DNA of 64,000 nucleotides, taken from NCBI GenBank assembly GCA_965226245.1, contig CBDDCL010000015.1:2166515-2230514 (forward strand), read 5' to 3'. Below the pieces are notes generated by a model, which worked only from the letters and a program-made list of their open reading frames with translations, was not told the DNA's origin and searched no databases. A program made the position numbers and the translations under genes. Shown here piece by piece: positions 8,962 to 18,638 of this stretch. Each line of letters opens with the position of its first letter. Within the stretch, counting starts at the first letter, position 1. The stretch comes from Bryobacterales bacterium (GTDB lineage: Bacteria; Acidobacteriota; Terriglobia; Bryobacterales; UBA6623).

Positions 8962-10548
8962 TTGATCGAGAAGGTCAAGCGTTACGAGCTGTGGCTTCTG
9001 GCCGTTTGCATGGTCTTGTTGGGCGCCGTCGCGATGTGGCTGTTGCTAACGCGCCCGGCGCATCGCATCGAGGGTGAATTCCTCGAACGGGAAGACCGCC
9101 GCCAGGTCGATGAATGGCTGCGAGAGCGGATGCAGTCCCCCATCGCCGAGAACCAGGCCCGCGCTTGCTTGGCTCTGGGGCGGATCGGCGATGACAGTAC
9201 GCTTGACTTGCTGCTCGAAGCGGCGAAAAGCTCGGCGGCACGGGTTCGCGCGGCAGCGGCCTTTGCTGTCGGCGAGATGGAAGACCGCCGAACCGCCGCC
9301 GAGCTGGGCGGCAAGCCTGGGCCGCGGGCCGCCGCCGTGCTCATGGAGCTGCTGGGAGACGAGGATCGTCTGGTCGTCACGAACGCTGTTGAAGCACTCG
9401 GGAAAATGGAATGGCTTGCTGCCATCGAGCGGATCAAAAACACGCCCGCGCCGCATCCCTTCACGCTTGCGGCAATGGCGAGGATGAATGCGGTCGAAGC
9501 GGCGCCCTGGATCGCGCAGCGCCTCAAATCCGACGACCAGTCCGTCCGCTGGTCCGCGGCGGATGCGCTCAATCGCCTGGCGGTCCCCTGCGATGAGGGG
9601 ATCACACGGTCGTTTCTCAATCTGACAAGGGATAGGGACTGGCGCGTGCGCGCTGCTGTTGTCGAAGGACTCGCGCGGGCGGAGCCGTCCGAAGAGGTTC
9701 TTGCGGCTCTGACGAAAATGACCGACGATCGGGACGCGAAGGTGCGCATTCATGCCTTCGGGTCGCTGGCCGCATTAGGCCGGGAGGAATCGCTGGAGAC
9801 AATTGTAAAAGGACTGGGAGACCCCAACATCAACGTCCGCGTGTCGGCGGTTGAAGCACTGGGGACGCTGGGCAGTCGCCGCGCGATCCCGTTGTTGCAG
9901 TCGTTGCGGTCTGAATCCGGCGAGGTTTCCGGCGCCGCGGAAATGTCGCTGGCTCGATTGACCGGCAATAGCGGAGAGTTTCCCGGCAGCGCGGCGGGTA
10001 AGTCTCCTTCGCGACAGAATCCGGCAGGAACCAAGGGTCTTGGGCACGAAGGCAGGTCCAGCCCGCCCGGAGCGGCGATCAAGACTCGCTACGCTCCCGA
10101 AGACTACCAGCGAATCGCCCGCACGTTAAACCGTCGCCTCACGATGCACACGAGTGCCGGGTCGTTCGAACTCGAGCTTGACTACGACAACGCGCCTTTG
10201 ACGGCCGAGCGTTTTTTTGAGCTGGCCGGCCAGGGTGGCTTCGACGGGCAAAGTTTCAGCATCGTCGAGCCAGCGCGGCTGGCGGGTTTTGACGTTTCCA
10301 TCCCGGGTCAAGATGATGCTGCCTCGCGGACGGTGCGATGCGAAATCAACCAGCAGATTTTTGTCCGGGGAAGCATCGCCATGGTGGCGGAACCGAAGGA
10401 CTCCGGCGGCGGCCGCTTCCTGATCTGCCTGCGGGAGTTGCCCGAGTTCGACGGGCGCTACACCAATTTCGGACGATTGATTTCGGGAGACAATCTGATT
10501 GATCAGATTACGAGGGAAACCCAAATCCTGCAAATCAGCTCGCCGTGA
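8962..10548 (+). CDS. HEAT-repeat protein with C-terminal cyclophilin-like domain and N-terminal TM/signal
   Basis: Repeated VRxxAxxALG units. C-terminal APLTAERF...YTNFGRLISG resembles cyclophilin-type PPIase. Confidence 0.75.
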   Translation: MIEKVKRYELWLLAVCMVLLGAVAMWLLLTRPAHRIEGEFLEREDRRQVDEWLRERMQSPIAENQARACLALGRIGDDSTLDLLLEAAKSSAARVRAAAAFAVGEMEDRRTAAELGGKPGPRAAAVLMELLGDEDRLVVTNAVEALGKMEWLAAIERIKNTPAPHPFTLAAMARMNAVEAAPWIAQRLKSDDQSVRWSAADALNRLAVPCDEGITRSFLNLTRDRDWRVRAAVVEGLARAEPSEEVLAALTKMTDDRDAKVRIHAFGSLAALGREESLETIVKGLGDPNINVRVSAVEALGTLGSRRAIPLLQSLRSESGEVSGAAEMSLARLTGNSGEFPGSAAGKSPSRQNPAGTKGLGHEGRSSPPGAAIKTRYAPEDYQRIARTLNRRLTMHTSAGSFELELDYDNAPLTAERFFELAGQGGFDGQSFSIVEPARLAGFDVSIPGQDDAASRTVRCEINQQIFVRGSIAMVAEPKDSGGGRFLICLRELPEFDGRYTNFGRLISGDNLIDQITRETQILQISSP

Positions 10549-10586
10549 ATGTTTACCGGGCGCGCAAACACCGGACCGCAACGCGC

Positions 10587-11477
10587 TTATCGAAAGGTTG
10601 GGGCCGGCTGCGCGGCCAGCGACCTCAATGCCAGCAACCGCGCCGTTCTTGGATGGCCATTGTCCTCGGCCAGACGCTGAGCCGTGCGGCCCCGGTAGTC
10701 GGCCGCGGTGGGGTCGGCCGCCGCCCGCAGCAACTCCTTGACGATTTCGATGGACCCTTCCGAGGCCGCCAGCATCAGCGCCGTCCGTCCCTCGCTGTTG
10801 ACGGCCTCGACGCCGGCGTCTTTCTTCAGCAGCGTGTTCAAAATGCCGGCGTGGCCCTCGTAAGCGGCGCTGATCAAAGGCGTCCAGCCCATGCTGGAAG
10901 CCGCGTTGACGTCGGCGCCCCGTGCCAACAACAGGTCTACGCATTTTTCATAACCACGAAAAGCGCACTGCCCTAAGCCTGTGTAGCCGTTCTTGTCGGC
11001 GCCGTCGATATCCGCTCCCTTGCTCAGCAGGAGCTTGATCATTTCCAGGTTCCCCTGGGAAGCGGTATAGCTGAGCGCGGTGCCTTCGAGCGCGGCGACC
11101 AGATTCGGGTCGGCTCCGCGGTCCAGCAGCAGCCCCGCCACGGCGGCGTGCCCGGCATAGGCGGCCGAGTGAATTGCCGCCCGCCCCTGGGCGTTCTGTG
11201 CATTGACGTCCACTCCCGAGTCCAACAGAGCTTCGACCACTTCGATGTGACCTTGCGACGCCGCGGCTGCGAGGGCCCGGCGCCCTTGCTCGGCTTCCGG
11301 GGTTCCGTGGTAATCGAGAAACGCCCTGACCTCGCTGATCTTTCCGTCGCGAGAGAGTTCGACAAGGTCACCTTCGGGCGGGCTCGAACAGGCAACAAGA
11401 AACACTGCGGCCAGCGGGGCGAGCGCCGCCTGGAAAATCGCTCTGGCGGATGGTTTCATCACTGCGAACTCAACCAT
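10587..11477 (-). CDS. Ankyrin-repeat protein, probable lipoprotein
   Basis: Multiple GxTxLxxAAxxG ankyrin repeats and lipobox-like LVAC. The upstream ORF extension is a tandem repeat, so the start is placed at 11477 (or 11459). Confidence 0.85.
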   Translation of the reverse strand: MVEFAVMKPSARAIFQAALAPLAAVFLVACSSPPEGDLVELSRDGKISEVRAFLDYHGTPEAEQGRRALAAAASQGHIEVVEALLDSGVDVNAQNAQGRAAIHSAAYAGHAAVAGLLLDRGADPNLVAALEGTALSYTASQGNLEMIKLLLSKGADIDGADKNGYTGLGQCAFRGYEKCVDLLLARGADVNAASSMGWTPLISAAYEGHAGILNTLLKKDAGVEAVNSEGRTALMLAASEGSIEIVKELLRAAADPTAADYRGRTAQRLAEDNGHPRTARLLALRSLAAQPAPTFR

Positions 11478-11512
11478 GGCGGAGCCAATTCCTCGCGGCA
11501 GGGCCGGACCTT

Positions 11513-11584
11513 GGTCTGCGCCAACCACGGGGTCTGCGCCAACCACGGGGTCTGCGCCAACCACGGGGTCTGCGCCAACCACGG
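11513..11584. repeat. Tandem repeat, 4 x 18 bp (GGTCTGCGCCAACCACGG)
   Basis: Four exact units read directly. Confidence 0.95.
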
Positions 11585-11665
11585 ACTTCCGTCCGTGGCT
11601 CTGTCCGGCCATCTGTAGTTTTCCGCCATGGTCGGCAACGATCTGACTATACCGGTATTGAGTTT

Positions 11666-12283
11666 CTAGGCCTGTCGCACGACAAAGTCGAAGCGCCCGG
11701 CGGTTCCCCTGCCCGCCGGTTTCGGCCGGATCATGCGGGATGGCCGCGCGTGCGGATCAGCCGCGATATGCGGGTCCCCTTTGATATAGAGCTGAGTCGT
11801 CAGAATCGGACCATCCGGGGCGCTGACCTTGAAATGAATATGAGCCGGGCGGAACCGATTCCCCACATCGTAGGGCTTGGGAACGAGGGTTTTGAGCCGG
11901 TAGAAGCCGCGATCGTCGGTGTAGAGCCGGCCTCGCATCCCGAAGCCCTCATTGTCATACTGGGCGTCATCGCCGGTTTGCCACACATCGAGCAGCGCGT
12001 GCGTGATTGGCTTGCCATCGGTCTTGAAAACTCGGCCTGTTAGATCGAGGCGTTTCCCGGGCGCCCCATCTTCATACAACACGGACCTTTCCGGCGCATC
12101 CGGCGTGTAGAAGGGACCTTCGATGTCGTCCTCAGTCTCGACCCATGGCATCTTCGGCGCCGCCTCCAGACGCTGGTGGAAAAGGAAGGCGGCTGAACCG
12201 AGCAGCCCGGCAGCGATCATCTCACGGCGATCGAGCCGGGACCCGCTTTGAATGACTGGGCTGGAGATTAGTGGCTCTCGCAT
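11666..12283 (-). CDS. Intradiol ring-cleavage dioxygenase family protein with Tat-like signal
   Basis: GPFY, DVWQ..D..YD and RPAHIHFKV motifs. N-terminal DRREMI plus hydrophobic stretch. Confidence 0.85.
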   Translation of the reverse strand: MREPLISSPVIQSGSRLDRREMIAAGLLGSAAFLFHQRLEAAPKMPWVETEDDIEGPFYTPDAPERSVLYEDGAPGKRLDLTGRVFKTDGKPITHALLDVWQTGDDAQYDNEGFGMRGRLYTDDRGFYRLKTLVPKPYDVGNRFRPAHIHFKVSAPDGPILTTQLYIKGDPHIAADPHARPSRMIRPKPAGRGTAGRFDFVVRQA

Positions 12284-12411
12284 CGGCTTCTCTGTATAGT
12301 TGCCACACTCAACCCGCCGTGGCCGGGACGCGCGTCAAACAGAGTGATATGTGAACGAAACAACGCTCTGATTATACAAATAAAAGGCGCCACAGTCGTT
12401 CCGGATGCAGG

Positions 12412-13764
12412 CTAGATCAGTCCCACCGCGTGCAGAAAGACCAACGTAATAGCCACCGGGACGAGAAACTTGAGCAGCAACAGCCAGCCGGTGAAAAACA
12501 GCCCTAGTTTCGTCCCGCTAAGGAAGTGGTGGCGGCGGATCTTGTCGTCCATCTTCCAGCCCGTGTAGATCGCCACTCCCAAACCGCCCAGTGGAAGCAT
12601 CCAGTTCGAAGCAAGATAGTCGAAAGCATCGAACCAGTTCTTCCCGAAGATGCCGGCGAACCCATCGCCAAACAATGGCCCCCCGCTCAGCGCCGACGGA
12701 ATGCCGACAAGAGCGACCATGGCGCCCGAGATGAGCGTGGCTTTGCGGCGGGTCCAGCCACGTTCGTCAATGAAGTAAGCCGCGGTGACTTCGAGCATCG
12801 AAATGGCACTCGTCAGGGCGGCGAATACCAGCAGGCCGAAGAAAGTGAAGGCTAGCAGGCCGCCCCCCGCCATCTGGCTCAATGCGATCGGGATCGTGAT
12901 GAAAACGAGTCCGGGCCCAGCGCTAGGCTCCAACCCAAAAGTAAAGATGATGGGAAATAAGACCAAGGTTGCCAAAAGAGCGATGAGGGTATCCAGGAAC
13001 GAGACCGTGATGGAAGCGGCGACGATGTCGTCATCTGTTTTTAGATAACTTCCGTAGGTCATGATCGACCCCATCCCCAGGCTCAACGTAAAGAAGGCGT
13101 GCCCTAAGGCTTCGAGAACACCCGCCGCGGTGAGCTGTTCGGAGTGAAACCCAAAGACAAATTCGAAACCTTTCCAGAAGCCCTCGAGCGTAAAGGATTT
13201 GATCAACAGCGCGACCAGCATTAAGAGCAACAGCGGCATCAGGATTCGCGACCAGCGTTCGAGTCCTTTCGAGACGCCGCCTATGACGACGGCCGCTGTC
13301 AGCAGCATGAACACCCCATGCCAAAACAGGTTCAGCGAGGGAGAAGCGAACACGGCGTCGAACGCTGGCTGGAAACTTTCCGGGGCGGCGCCGGAGATTT
13401 TCCCCGTGATCGCAAGCCAAGAATAGTGCAGCGACCATCCGGCAACGATGCTGTAGTAGGAAAGAATGACGAAGGACGACGCAACTCCCAGCCAGCCAAA
13501 CGCAACCCATGGGCTGCTCCGGCCGGCCAGTTGCCGCAGCGCCCCCACCGGCGACTTCTGAGTGGATCGCCCCATCAGGATTTCGGCCGCCATGACCGGC
13601 AGCCCAACAAAAGCAATACAAACGAGATAAAGCAGGACGAAGGCGCCGCCGCCGTTGACTCCTGTAATGTAGGGGAACTTCCATATGTTGCCGAGTCCGA
13701 CAGCCGATCCGGCGGAGGCCAGAATAAACCCCGTGCGCGATTTCCAATGTGCTCTTTCCGGCAA
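12412..13764 (-). CDS. Sodium-dependent transporter, NSS/SNF family
   Basis: GSAVGLGNIWKFPY signature and about 12 hydrophobic segments. Confidence 0.93.
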   Translation of the reverse strand: MPERAHWKSRTGFILASAGSAVGLGNIWKFPYITGVNGGGAFVLLYLVCIAFVGLPVMAAEILMGRSTQKSPVGALRQLAGRSSPWVAFGWLGVASSFVILSYYSIVAGWSLHYSWLAITGKISGAAPESFQPAFDAVFASPSLNLFWHGVFMLLTAAVVIGGVSKGLERWSRILMPLLLLMLVALLIKSFTLEGFWKGFEFVFGFHSEQLTAAGVLEALGHAFFTLSLGMGSIMTYGSYLKTDDDIVAASITVSFLDTLIALLATLVLFPIIFTFGLEPSAGPGLVFITIPIALSQMAGGGLLAFTFFGLLVFAALTSAISMLEVTAAYFIDERGWTRRKATLISGAMVALVGIPSALSGGPLFGDGFAGIFGKNWFDAFDYLASNWMLPLGGLGVAIYTGWKMDDKIRRHHFLSGTKLGLFFTGWLLLLKFLVPVAITLVFLHAVGLI

Positions 13765-13872
13765 AGCGATACCTCGACCAGGAAATTTCGAAGGGACCTG
13801 CTAGTCTAAGTGCTTCAGTCTTCCCCTGTGATCCACGCGGCACAGTCGATTGCGCGGCAGAGTTCGCGCCGC

Positions 13873-14166
13873 ATGCCGAGTAAGAACCGCAAAGATAACA
13901 CAGTCGTGAATACGGATGTGGCCACTAGCGCCATGAAATTCTCCGAGCTAATGTTGGACTCCATCAATCAAAGTGAAATTCCTCTTCGGTTCGAACCCGG
14001 CGCGGAGGAGGCGGTCGCGAAGCCCGTCATCGAGATGCTCAAGATGTGGGTGGCGGCCCACGATCCTGATCCCGCGAACGGCGACTTCGAGTACGGCCAG
14101 AAGGCTCTGATCGTCCAGTTGCTCCAGGAGCTGGAAGATGCCGTCGACCTGCCGGTCGAAGACTAG
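13873..14166 (+). CDS. Small hypothetical protein
   Basis: Protein-like composition. Its TAG stop is the IS630 target site. Confidence 0.55.
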   Translation: MPSKNRKDNTVVNTDVATSAMKFSELMLDSINQSEIPLRFEPGAEEAVAKPVIEMLKMWVAAHDPDPANGDFEYGQKALIVQLLQELEDAVDLPVED

Positions 14167-15455
14167 CTTAGTCCTCCTTCCCATAAATACGATGACGTAT
14201 TGTGGGGTGGCTTCTTTGGTTTTGCCTCGGCTAGACTGGTCTTAACACGGAGACCAGTCGATGCCAAGAAAAAGCCCCTTCTCCATCAAGCTTACATCCG
14301 AAGAGCAACGAGTGCTGCAAGCGAGGGCCCGAAAGTATACCTCATCGTATCGAGACGTGATCCGGGCCAAGATCGTCTTGCTTGCCGCCCAAGACCTCTC
14401 CAATGACCAGATCGCTCGGCGCCTCGACACCCCCCGTCAGATCGTCAGCAAATGGCGCAAACGCTTCTTCCTCGACCGCCTGGCTGGTCTCGAAGAGCAG
14501 CCCCGCGGCGGTCGTCCGCCGACGTTTTCCCCCTCAGCTCGTCGTCGCCGTCAAAGCCCTCGCTTGTGAATTGCCCGCCCAGTCCGGCTTGCCGCTCTCC
14601 CGTTTCTCCGTCTCCGAGATTCGCCATGAGGTCCTGCGTCGAGGTCTGGTCGCCGACATCAGCGGCGCCACCCTCTGGCGCTGGCTCGACTCGGATGCGC
14701 TGCGCCCCTGGTACCACCGCAGCTGGATCTTCCCCCGCGACCCCGACTTCGCCGAAAAGGCCGCCCGCATCCTGGATCTGTACGAAGGCCGTTGGCAGGG
14801 CAGTCCGTTGGGGGCAGACGATTTTGTTCTCTCCGCCGACGAAAAAACCAGCATCCAAGCGCGTCAGCGTAAGCATCGCGGCAAGCCGCCTGCCCCCGGC
14901 CGCTCGGCTCGCGTCGAGAATGAATACAAGCGCCTCGGTGCTTGGGCTTACCTGGCGGCTTGGGATGTTCATCGCGCCAAGCTGTTTGGCCGCTGCGAAA
15001 CGAAAAACACCAGCGCCGGGGTCGATCGTCTGGTGGCGGAAGTGATGAGTCAGCCGCCCTACTGTTCGGCCCGGCGGGTTTTCTGGATCATGGACAACTG
15101 CTCGACTCATCGCGGCGACAAGGCCGCCGAGCGCTTGCGCACGCGCTGGCCCTCGGCGGTGCTGGTCCACACGCCGGTGCACGCGAGTTGGTTGAATCAG
15201 ATCGAGATCTACTTCTCGATCCTGCAACGCAAGGCCCTCACCCCGAATGACTTCTCTTCGCTTGACGAACTCGAGGAGCGCCTCCTAGGTTTTCAGCAAC
15301 ACTACGAGCAAATCGCGACCCCTTTCCGGTGGACCTTCACGCGCCACGATCTCAAGCGCTGGCTGGCCAAGCTCGATAACTCTAGCCTCACTCCTGCCGC
15401 TTAGGTTGATACCCTACAAACATACGTCACCGTAATTCTGAGGCAGAGGACTTAG
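14167..15455 (+). mobile_element. IS630-family insertion sequence
   Basis: Imperfect ~35-bp TIRs (CTTAGTCCTCC...TACGATGACGTAT versus reverse complement of the right end CTAAGTCCTCT...TACGGTGACGTAT). CTAG flanks at 14163-14166 and 15456-15459 (equivalent to a TA duplication). Confidence 0.88.
14261..15404 (+). CDS. IS630 transposase in two frames (HTH + DDE), likely -1 frameshift
   Basis: HTH ORF 14261-14569. DDE ORF has ADEKT, IMDNCSTH and HASWLNQIEIYFS. Frames overlap at TTTTCCCCC (~14525-14533). Confidence 0.85.
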
Positions 15456-15501
15456 CTAGAGGCAATGCTGTTCACTTAGAGCCTCCGAGTCCAGGGTCTT
15501 T

Positions 15502-15648
15502 GAGCCGCGAAGCGGCGCAGGATCGTAGCCCAGGGTGGAGCGAAGCGGAACCCTGGGTGCGAATACCATCAAGGGTAAGCCCCGCACGGGGCGTAGGAGC
15601 AGACCGGCCCGTTCGTCTCCGAGGAGAGCAATGTGCGGCGGGCGTTCA
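15502..15648. repeat. ~145-bp dispersed REP-like element (CCCAGGGTGGAGCGAAGCGGAACCCTGGG family)
   Basis: Inverted homolog at 38205-38349 and partial copy at 37935-38044. Confidence 0.8.
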
Positions 15649-15754
15649 CCGATGTCCGATACATGATGACCCGCCATGCAATAAAAAGTCCGCGGAACCG
15701 CTAAGTGAACGGTATTGGGACTAGAGGCTGCCCGGCGCCCTGCAACCACCGCGG

Positions 15755-16621
15755 TCAGTCTTTCACTTGTCCCGTGTAATGGATGACGGTATCAATCAAA
15801 CCGATTTCAACACGGCGATTCTTCTGGCGGGCGGCTGATGTAAACGCTTTGACGGCTGGACTGGATTCCCCGAATCCCTTCGCCTCGACGAGGTCCCCCG
15901 GAATCCCCGCCTGCACAAGATAGTCGCGTACGGAGCGGGCGCGCCGGCCGGAAAGATTTCTGTTGTAGCTTTCCGGTCCCGTGTCGTCCGTGTGGCCATA
16001 GACGTAGAGCCGGTATCCGTGCGACGCCAGCAGAACGCCGGCGATGCGGCTCAGAATCTCGCGATTCTCGGAGCGCAACGTATCTTTGTCGAAATCGAAC
16101 AGAAAGGAATCTTGGCCCAAGTTCATCACCATCCCGAGGGGTGTTCGCCGGGTGTCGACAATGTGACTGAGGGCTTCCTGCATGCGGTCGAGTTCCTGTT
16201 CGCGTTGCTTGCGGATTTCGTCGGCCTCTTGGCGAGCCCGCTGCGCCTCTCGCCGCGCCTGCTGAGACACAGCCTCAAAGCGCTGCGCCTGCTCACGAGC
16301 CAGCTCCCGCTCGAGCTCGGCTTGCCTGCGAGCCTGAGCAAGTTTTTGGGCTTCCTCTTCCGCGTTTTGCGCCCTGGTTTGCGCCTGGTCGGCTTCCGCC
16401 CGCACTTCGCCGACCTCTCGGCGAAGCCCCTCCAACTCTCGTTCGAGCGATTCACTTTGGTTCTGGGACACTTTCAGGCGCTCTTCGAGCTCGCCCATTT
16501 GTGTCCACATGTTCCACAGCACGACCAGAGCCGCACCCGACAAAACGGCGACCGCGATTGGGACAGCCCGGCGCGATCGCGTGCCAGAGTGCTCGCGTGG
16601 CGACTGCTCAGTTGCCGGCAT
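15755..16621 (-). CDS. OmpA/MotB-family protein with TM anchor and coiled coil
   Basis: C-terminal FDFDK..L, VYGHTD..G...YN..LS.RRA.SV..YL and NRRVEI motifs. Confidence 0.88.
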   Translation of the reverse strand: MPATEQSPREHSGTRSRRAVPIAVAVLSGAALVVLWNMWTQMGELEERLKVSQNQSESLERELEGLRREVGEVRAEADQAQTRAQNAEEEAQKLAQARRQAELERELAREQAQRFEAVSQQARREAQRARQEADEIRKQREQELDRMQEALSHIVDTRRTPLGMVMNLGQDSFLFDFDKDTLRSENREILSRIAGVLLASHGYRLYVYGHTDDTGPESYNRNLSGRRARSVRDYLVQAGIPGDLVEAKGFGESSPAVKAFTSAARQKNRRVEIGLIDTVIHYTGQVKD

Positions 16622-16890
16622 GCTTGATTAGCCCTACTGTCATTTTCGCACGTGATTGTGCCGGACGCGCCGATCCGAATCGCAAGCAGCGCCGACCGAG
16701 CGATGCGGTTGAGACCCAATCGCGGACCACATGCTGAGTGACGGACGGATGAAAGCGCCACTGCGTTCCATCCAAAGAATTCTCCCGCACAGCGTCAGGT
16801 CTCGAAGAATCTCCTTCAGGGTCCGGCCTGGGGGGAAATATTGCCGCGGACTCTGCGTGCGAGCGAAAATGGGGAACAGGGCGCACCGTG

Positions 16891-16917
16891 AGTGTCGATT
16901 ATCTGGATTATCATTAG
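16891..16917 (+). pseudogene. C-terminal relic of a HigB-type toxin (SVDYLDYH*)
   Basis: AGT GTC GAT TAT CTG GAT TAT CAT TAG matches the typical HigB C-terminus and lies upstream of higA. Confidence 0.55.
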
Positions 16918-17078
16918 TACAGCATCATGAAATTCCCGCCAAACGTGGCAGAAAATTCGGGAACCAGACTCGGAGCCCCGACCGTGAGGGAGGGGTTAGC
17001 CGCTACGACGCGCTCATCCGACAGCGGCCACGCTCCCCCCGGTTTGGTTGCGGCTCGTCTGCGTCAGGAGGTCCTAAC

Positions 17079-17366
17079 ATGGCAATGAAGAATCCTGTGC
17101 ATCCGGGCGCCATTGTGCGCCAGGACTGCCTGAAACCCTTGGACCTGTCGGTCACCGGGGGGGCAAAGAGGCTTGGCGTCGGGCGCCAAACGCTTTCCAA
17201 CCTCGTGAACGAAAAGACATCCGTGTCCATCGAAATGGCCTACCGGTTGTCGAAGGCGTTCGGCTCGACTCCGGAGACCTGGCTTGGCATGCAGTTGGCC
17301 TTCGACCTCGCCCAATCGCGTGACTTGGAACGAAAGATCAAGGTGAAGCGCATCGAGGCCGCGTAA
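17079..17366 (+). CDS. higA: HigA-family antitoxin
   Basis: MKNPVHPG...RQTLSNLVN...SIEMAYRLSKAFGSTPETWLGMQ. RBS AGGAGG upstream. Confidence 0.9.
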   Translation: MAMKNPVHPGAIVRQDCLKPLDLSVTGGAKRLGVGRQTLSNLVNEKTSVSIEMAYRLSKAFGSTPETWLGMQLAFDLAQSRDLERKIKVKRIEAA

Positions 17367-17451
17367 CGCCCCAAGCCGGCCGCCGGGGACGGCGGGGGCT
17401 TGAGTCAATTTGAGCTGGTTGCTGGGGGGGCGCCTTGCGGCTAGCGCGGGA

Positions 17452-18462
17452 TCAACCCAGCTTCCGCCCGATGTCAGCAGCTATCTGAGCGCCGTGAAAG
17501 CGGCCGTTCTCAATGAAGATCTCATTGGTATGCATGCCTGCAACGATCACGCCCGCCAAGTAAACCCCTGGGCGGTCGCTCTCGAGAGTTTCGGGATCGG
17601 TCTGGGGGCGCTGTGACTCGGTGTCGAAAACAATGCCCGCCCGGCCCAGGAACTCGAGGTCAGGCTGGTAGCCGGTCATGGCAAGAACGAAATCATTGGG
17701 CAGAGCGGCCTCTCCGTTTGGCGTGCGGATGCGGATGGCCTCCGGGGTGATCTCTTCGACGCTAGACTCCGGGTAGGCCTGAATCTCGCCGTTCTTGATT
17801 CGATTCTCAATATCGGGAAGGATCCAATATTTAATCTTGCGGCTCAGCCGGCTGGAGCGATAAATCAGCGTCACCCGGGCGCCGGCGCGATAGCATTCGA
17901 GTGCCACGATCGCGGCGGAGTTCTTACTCCCAATCACGGCCACATCGCTGCCGTAGAAGGGGTGAGCCTCTTTGTAATAGTGAAATACCTTATCCAAGTC
18001 TTCGCCCGGGATGTTCATCTTGACCGGCAAATCGTAGTAGCCGGTGGCAAGAATGACTTTCTTCGCTCTGTAGCAGCGCTTGTTATTCAGCCGGCCGGTT
18101 GTCTCGAGCACGAATTTGCCGTCCGAGCCGCCTACCGCGTCGACATTCTCGTGCTGCCGGATGTCGAGGTTGTAGTGAGCGCCAGCGCGCCGATAATATT
18201 TCAAGGCTTCCGTACGGGTCGGCTTATCCCCCAACGCTGTCATCGGGATGTCCCCGATTTCAAGCAGTTCCGGTGTCGTAAAGAAGGTCATGTGGGTGGG
18301 ATAGTGATACAGAGAGTTGACCACGCACCCCTTCTCGAAGGCGACAACAGACAGGCCCCGGCGGGTCACTTCGATGGCGCAAGCCAGCCCGGTAGGTCCC
18401 GCGCCGACAACAGCGACATCGTAGAGGGATGTATCGGTCTGCGGCGAGCTGAAATCCGGCAT
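17452..18462 (-). CDS. ypdA: YpdA-family bacillithiol disulfide reductase
   Basis: GAGPTG FAD motif, EKGCVVNSLYHYP, FFTT.ELLEIG, HYYKEAHP and FIENGRFH motifs. Confidence 0.88.
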   Translation of the reverse strand: MPDFSSPQTDTSLYDVAVVGAGPTGLACAIEVTRRGLSVVAFEKGCVVNSLYHYPTHMTFFTTPELLEIGDIPMTALGDKPTRTEALKYYRRAGAHYNLDIRQHENVDAVGGSDGKFVLETTGRLNNKRCYRAKKVILATGYYDLPVKMNIPGEDLDKVFHYYKEAHPFYGSDVAVIGSKNSAAIVALECYRAGARVTLIYRSSRLSRKIKYWILPDIENRIKNGEIQAYPESSVEEITPEAIRIRTPNGEAALPNDFVLAMTGYQPDLEFLGRAGIVFDTESQRPQTDPETLESDRPGVYLAGVIVAGMHTNEIFIENGRFHGAQIAADIGRKLG

Positions 18463-18638
18463 CGATTGGGATATTCGGCGAGATTAACGTACCATTGTAG
18501 CTGGCGCCGTCGAAGGCGCTTGGGAGGACAGGCGTCAAGCCCGGGGGAGATGCAGCCGCAACCGGGCCGCAACCGGGCGGGTCCTCTGCCTGATTTTCTG
18601 GCGCCCCGTATTCGGACGCCCCCAAGCGTGGCCAAACC

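Noticed and set aside
16731-17078. N-terminal extension of HigA (211-aa ORF)
   Set aside because: It reads through the REP cassette. A strong RBS precedes ATG 17079 and gives a normal-length HigA.
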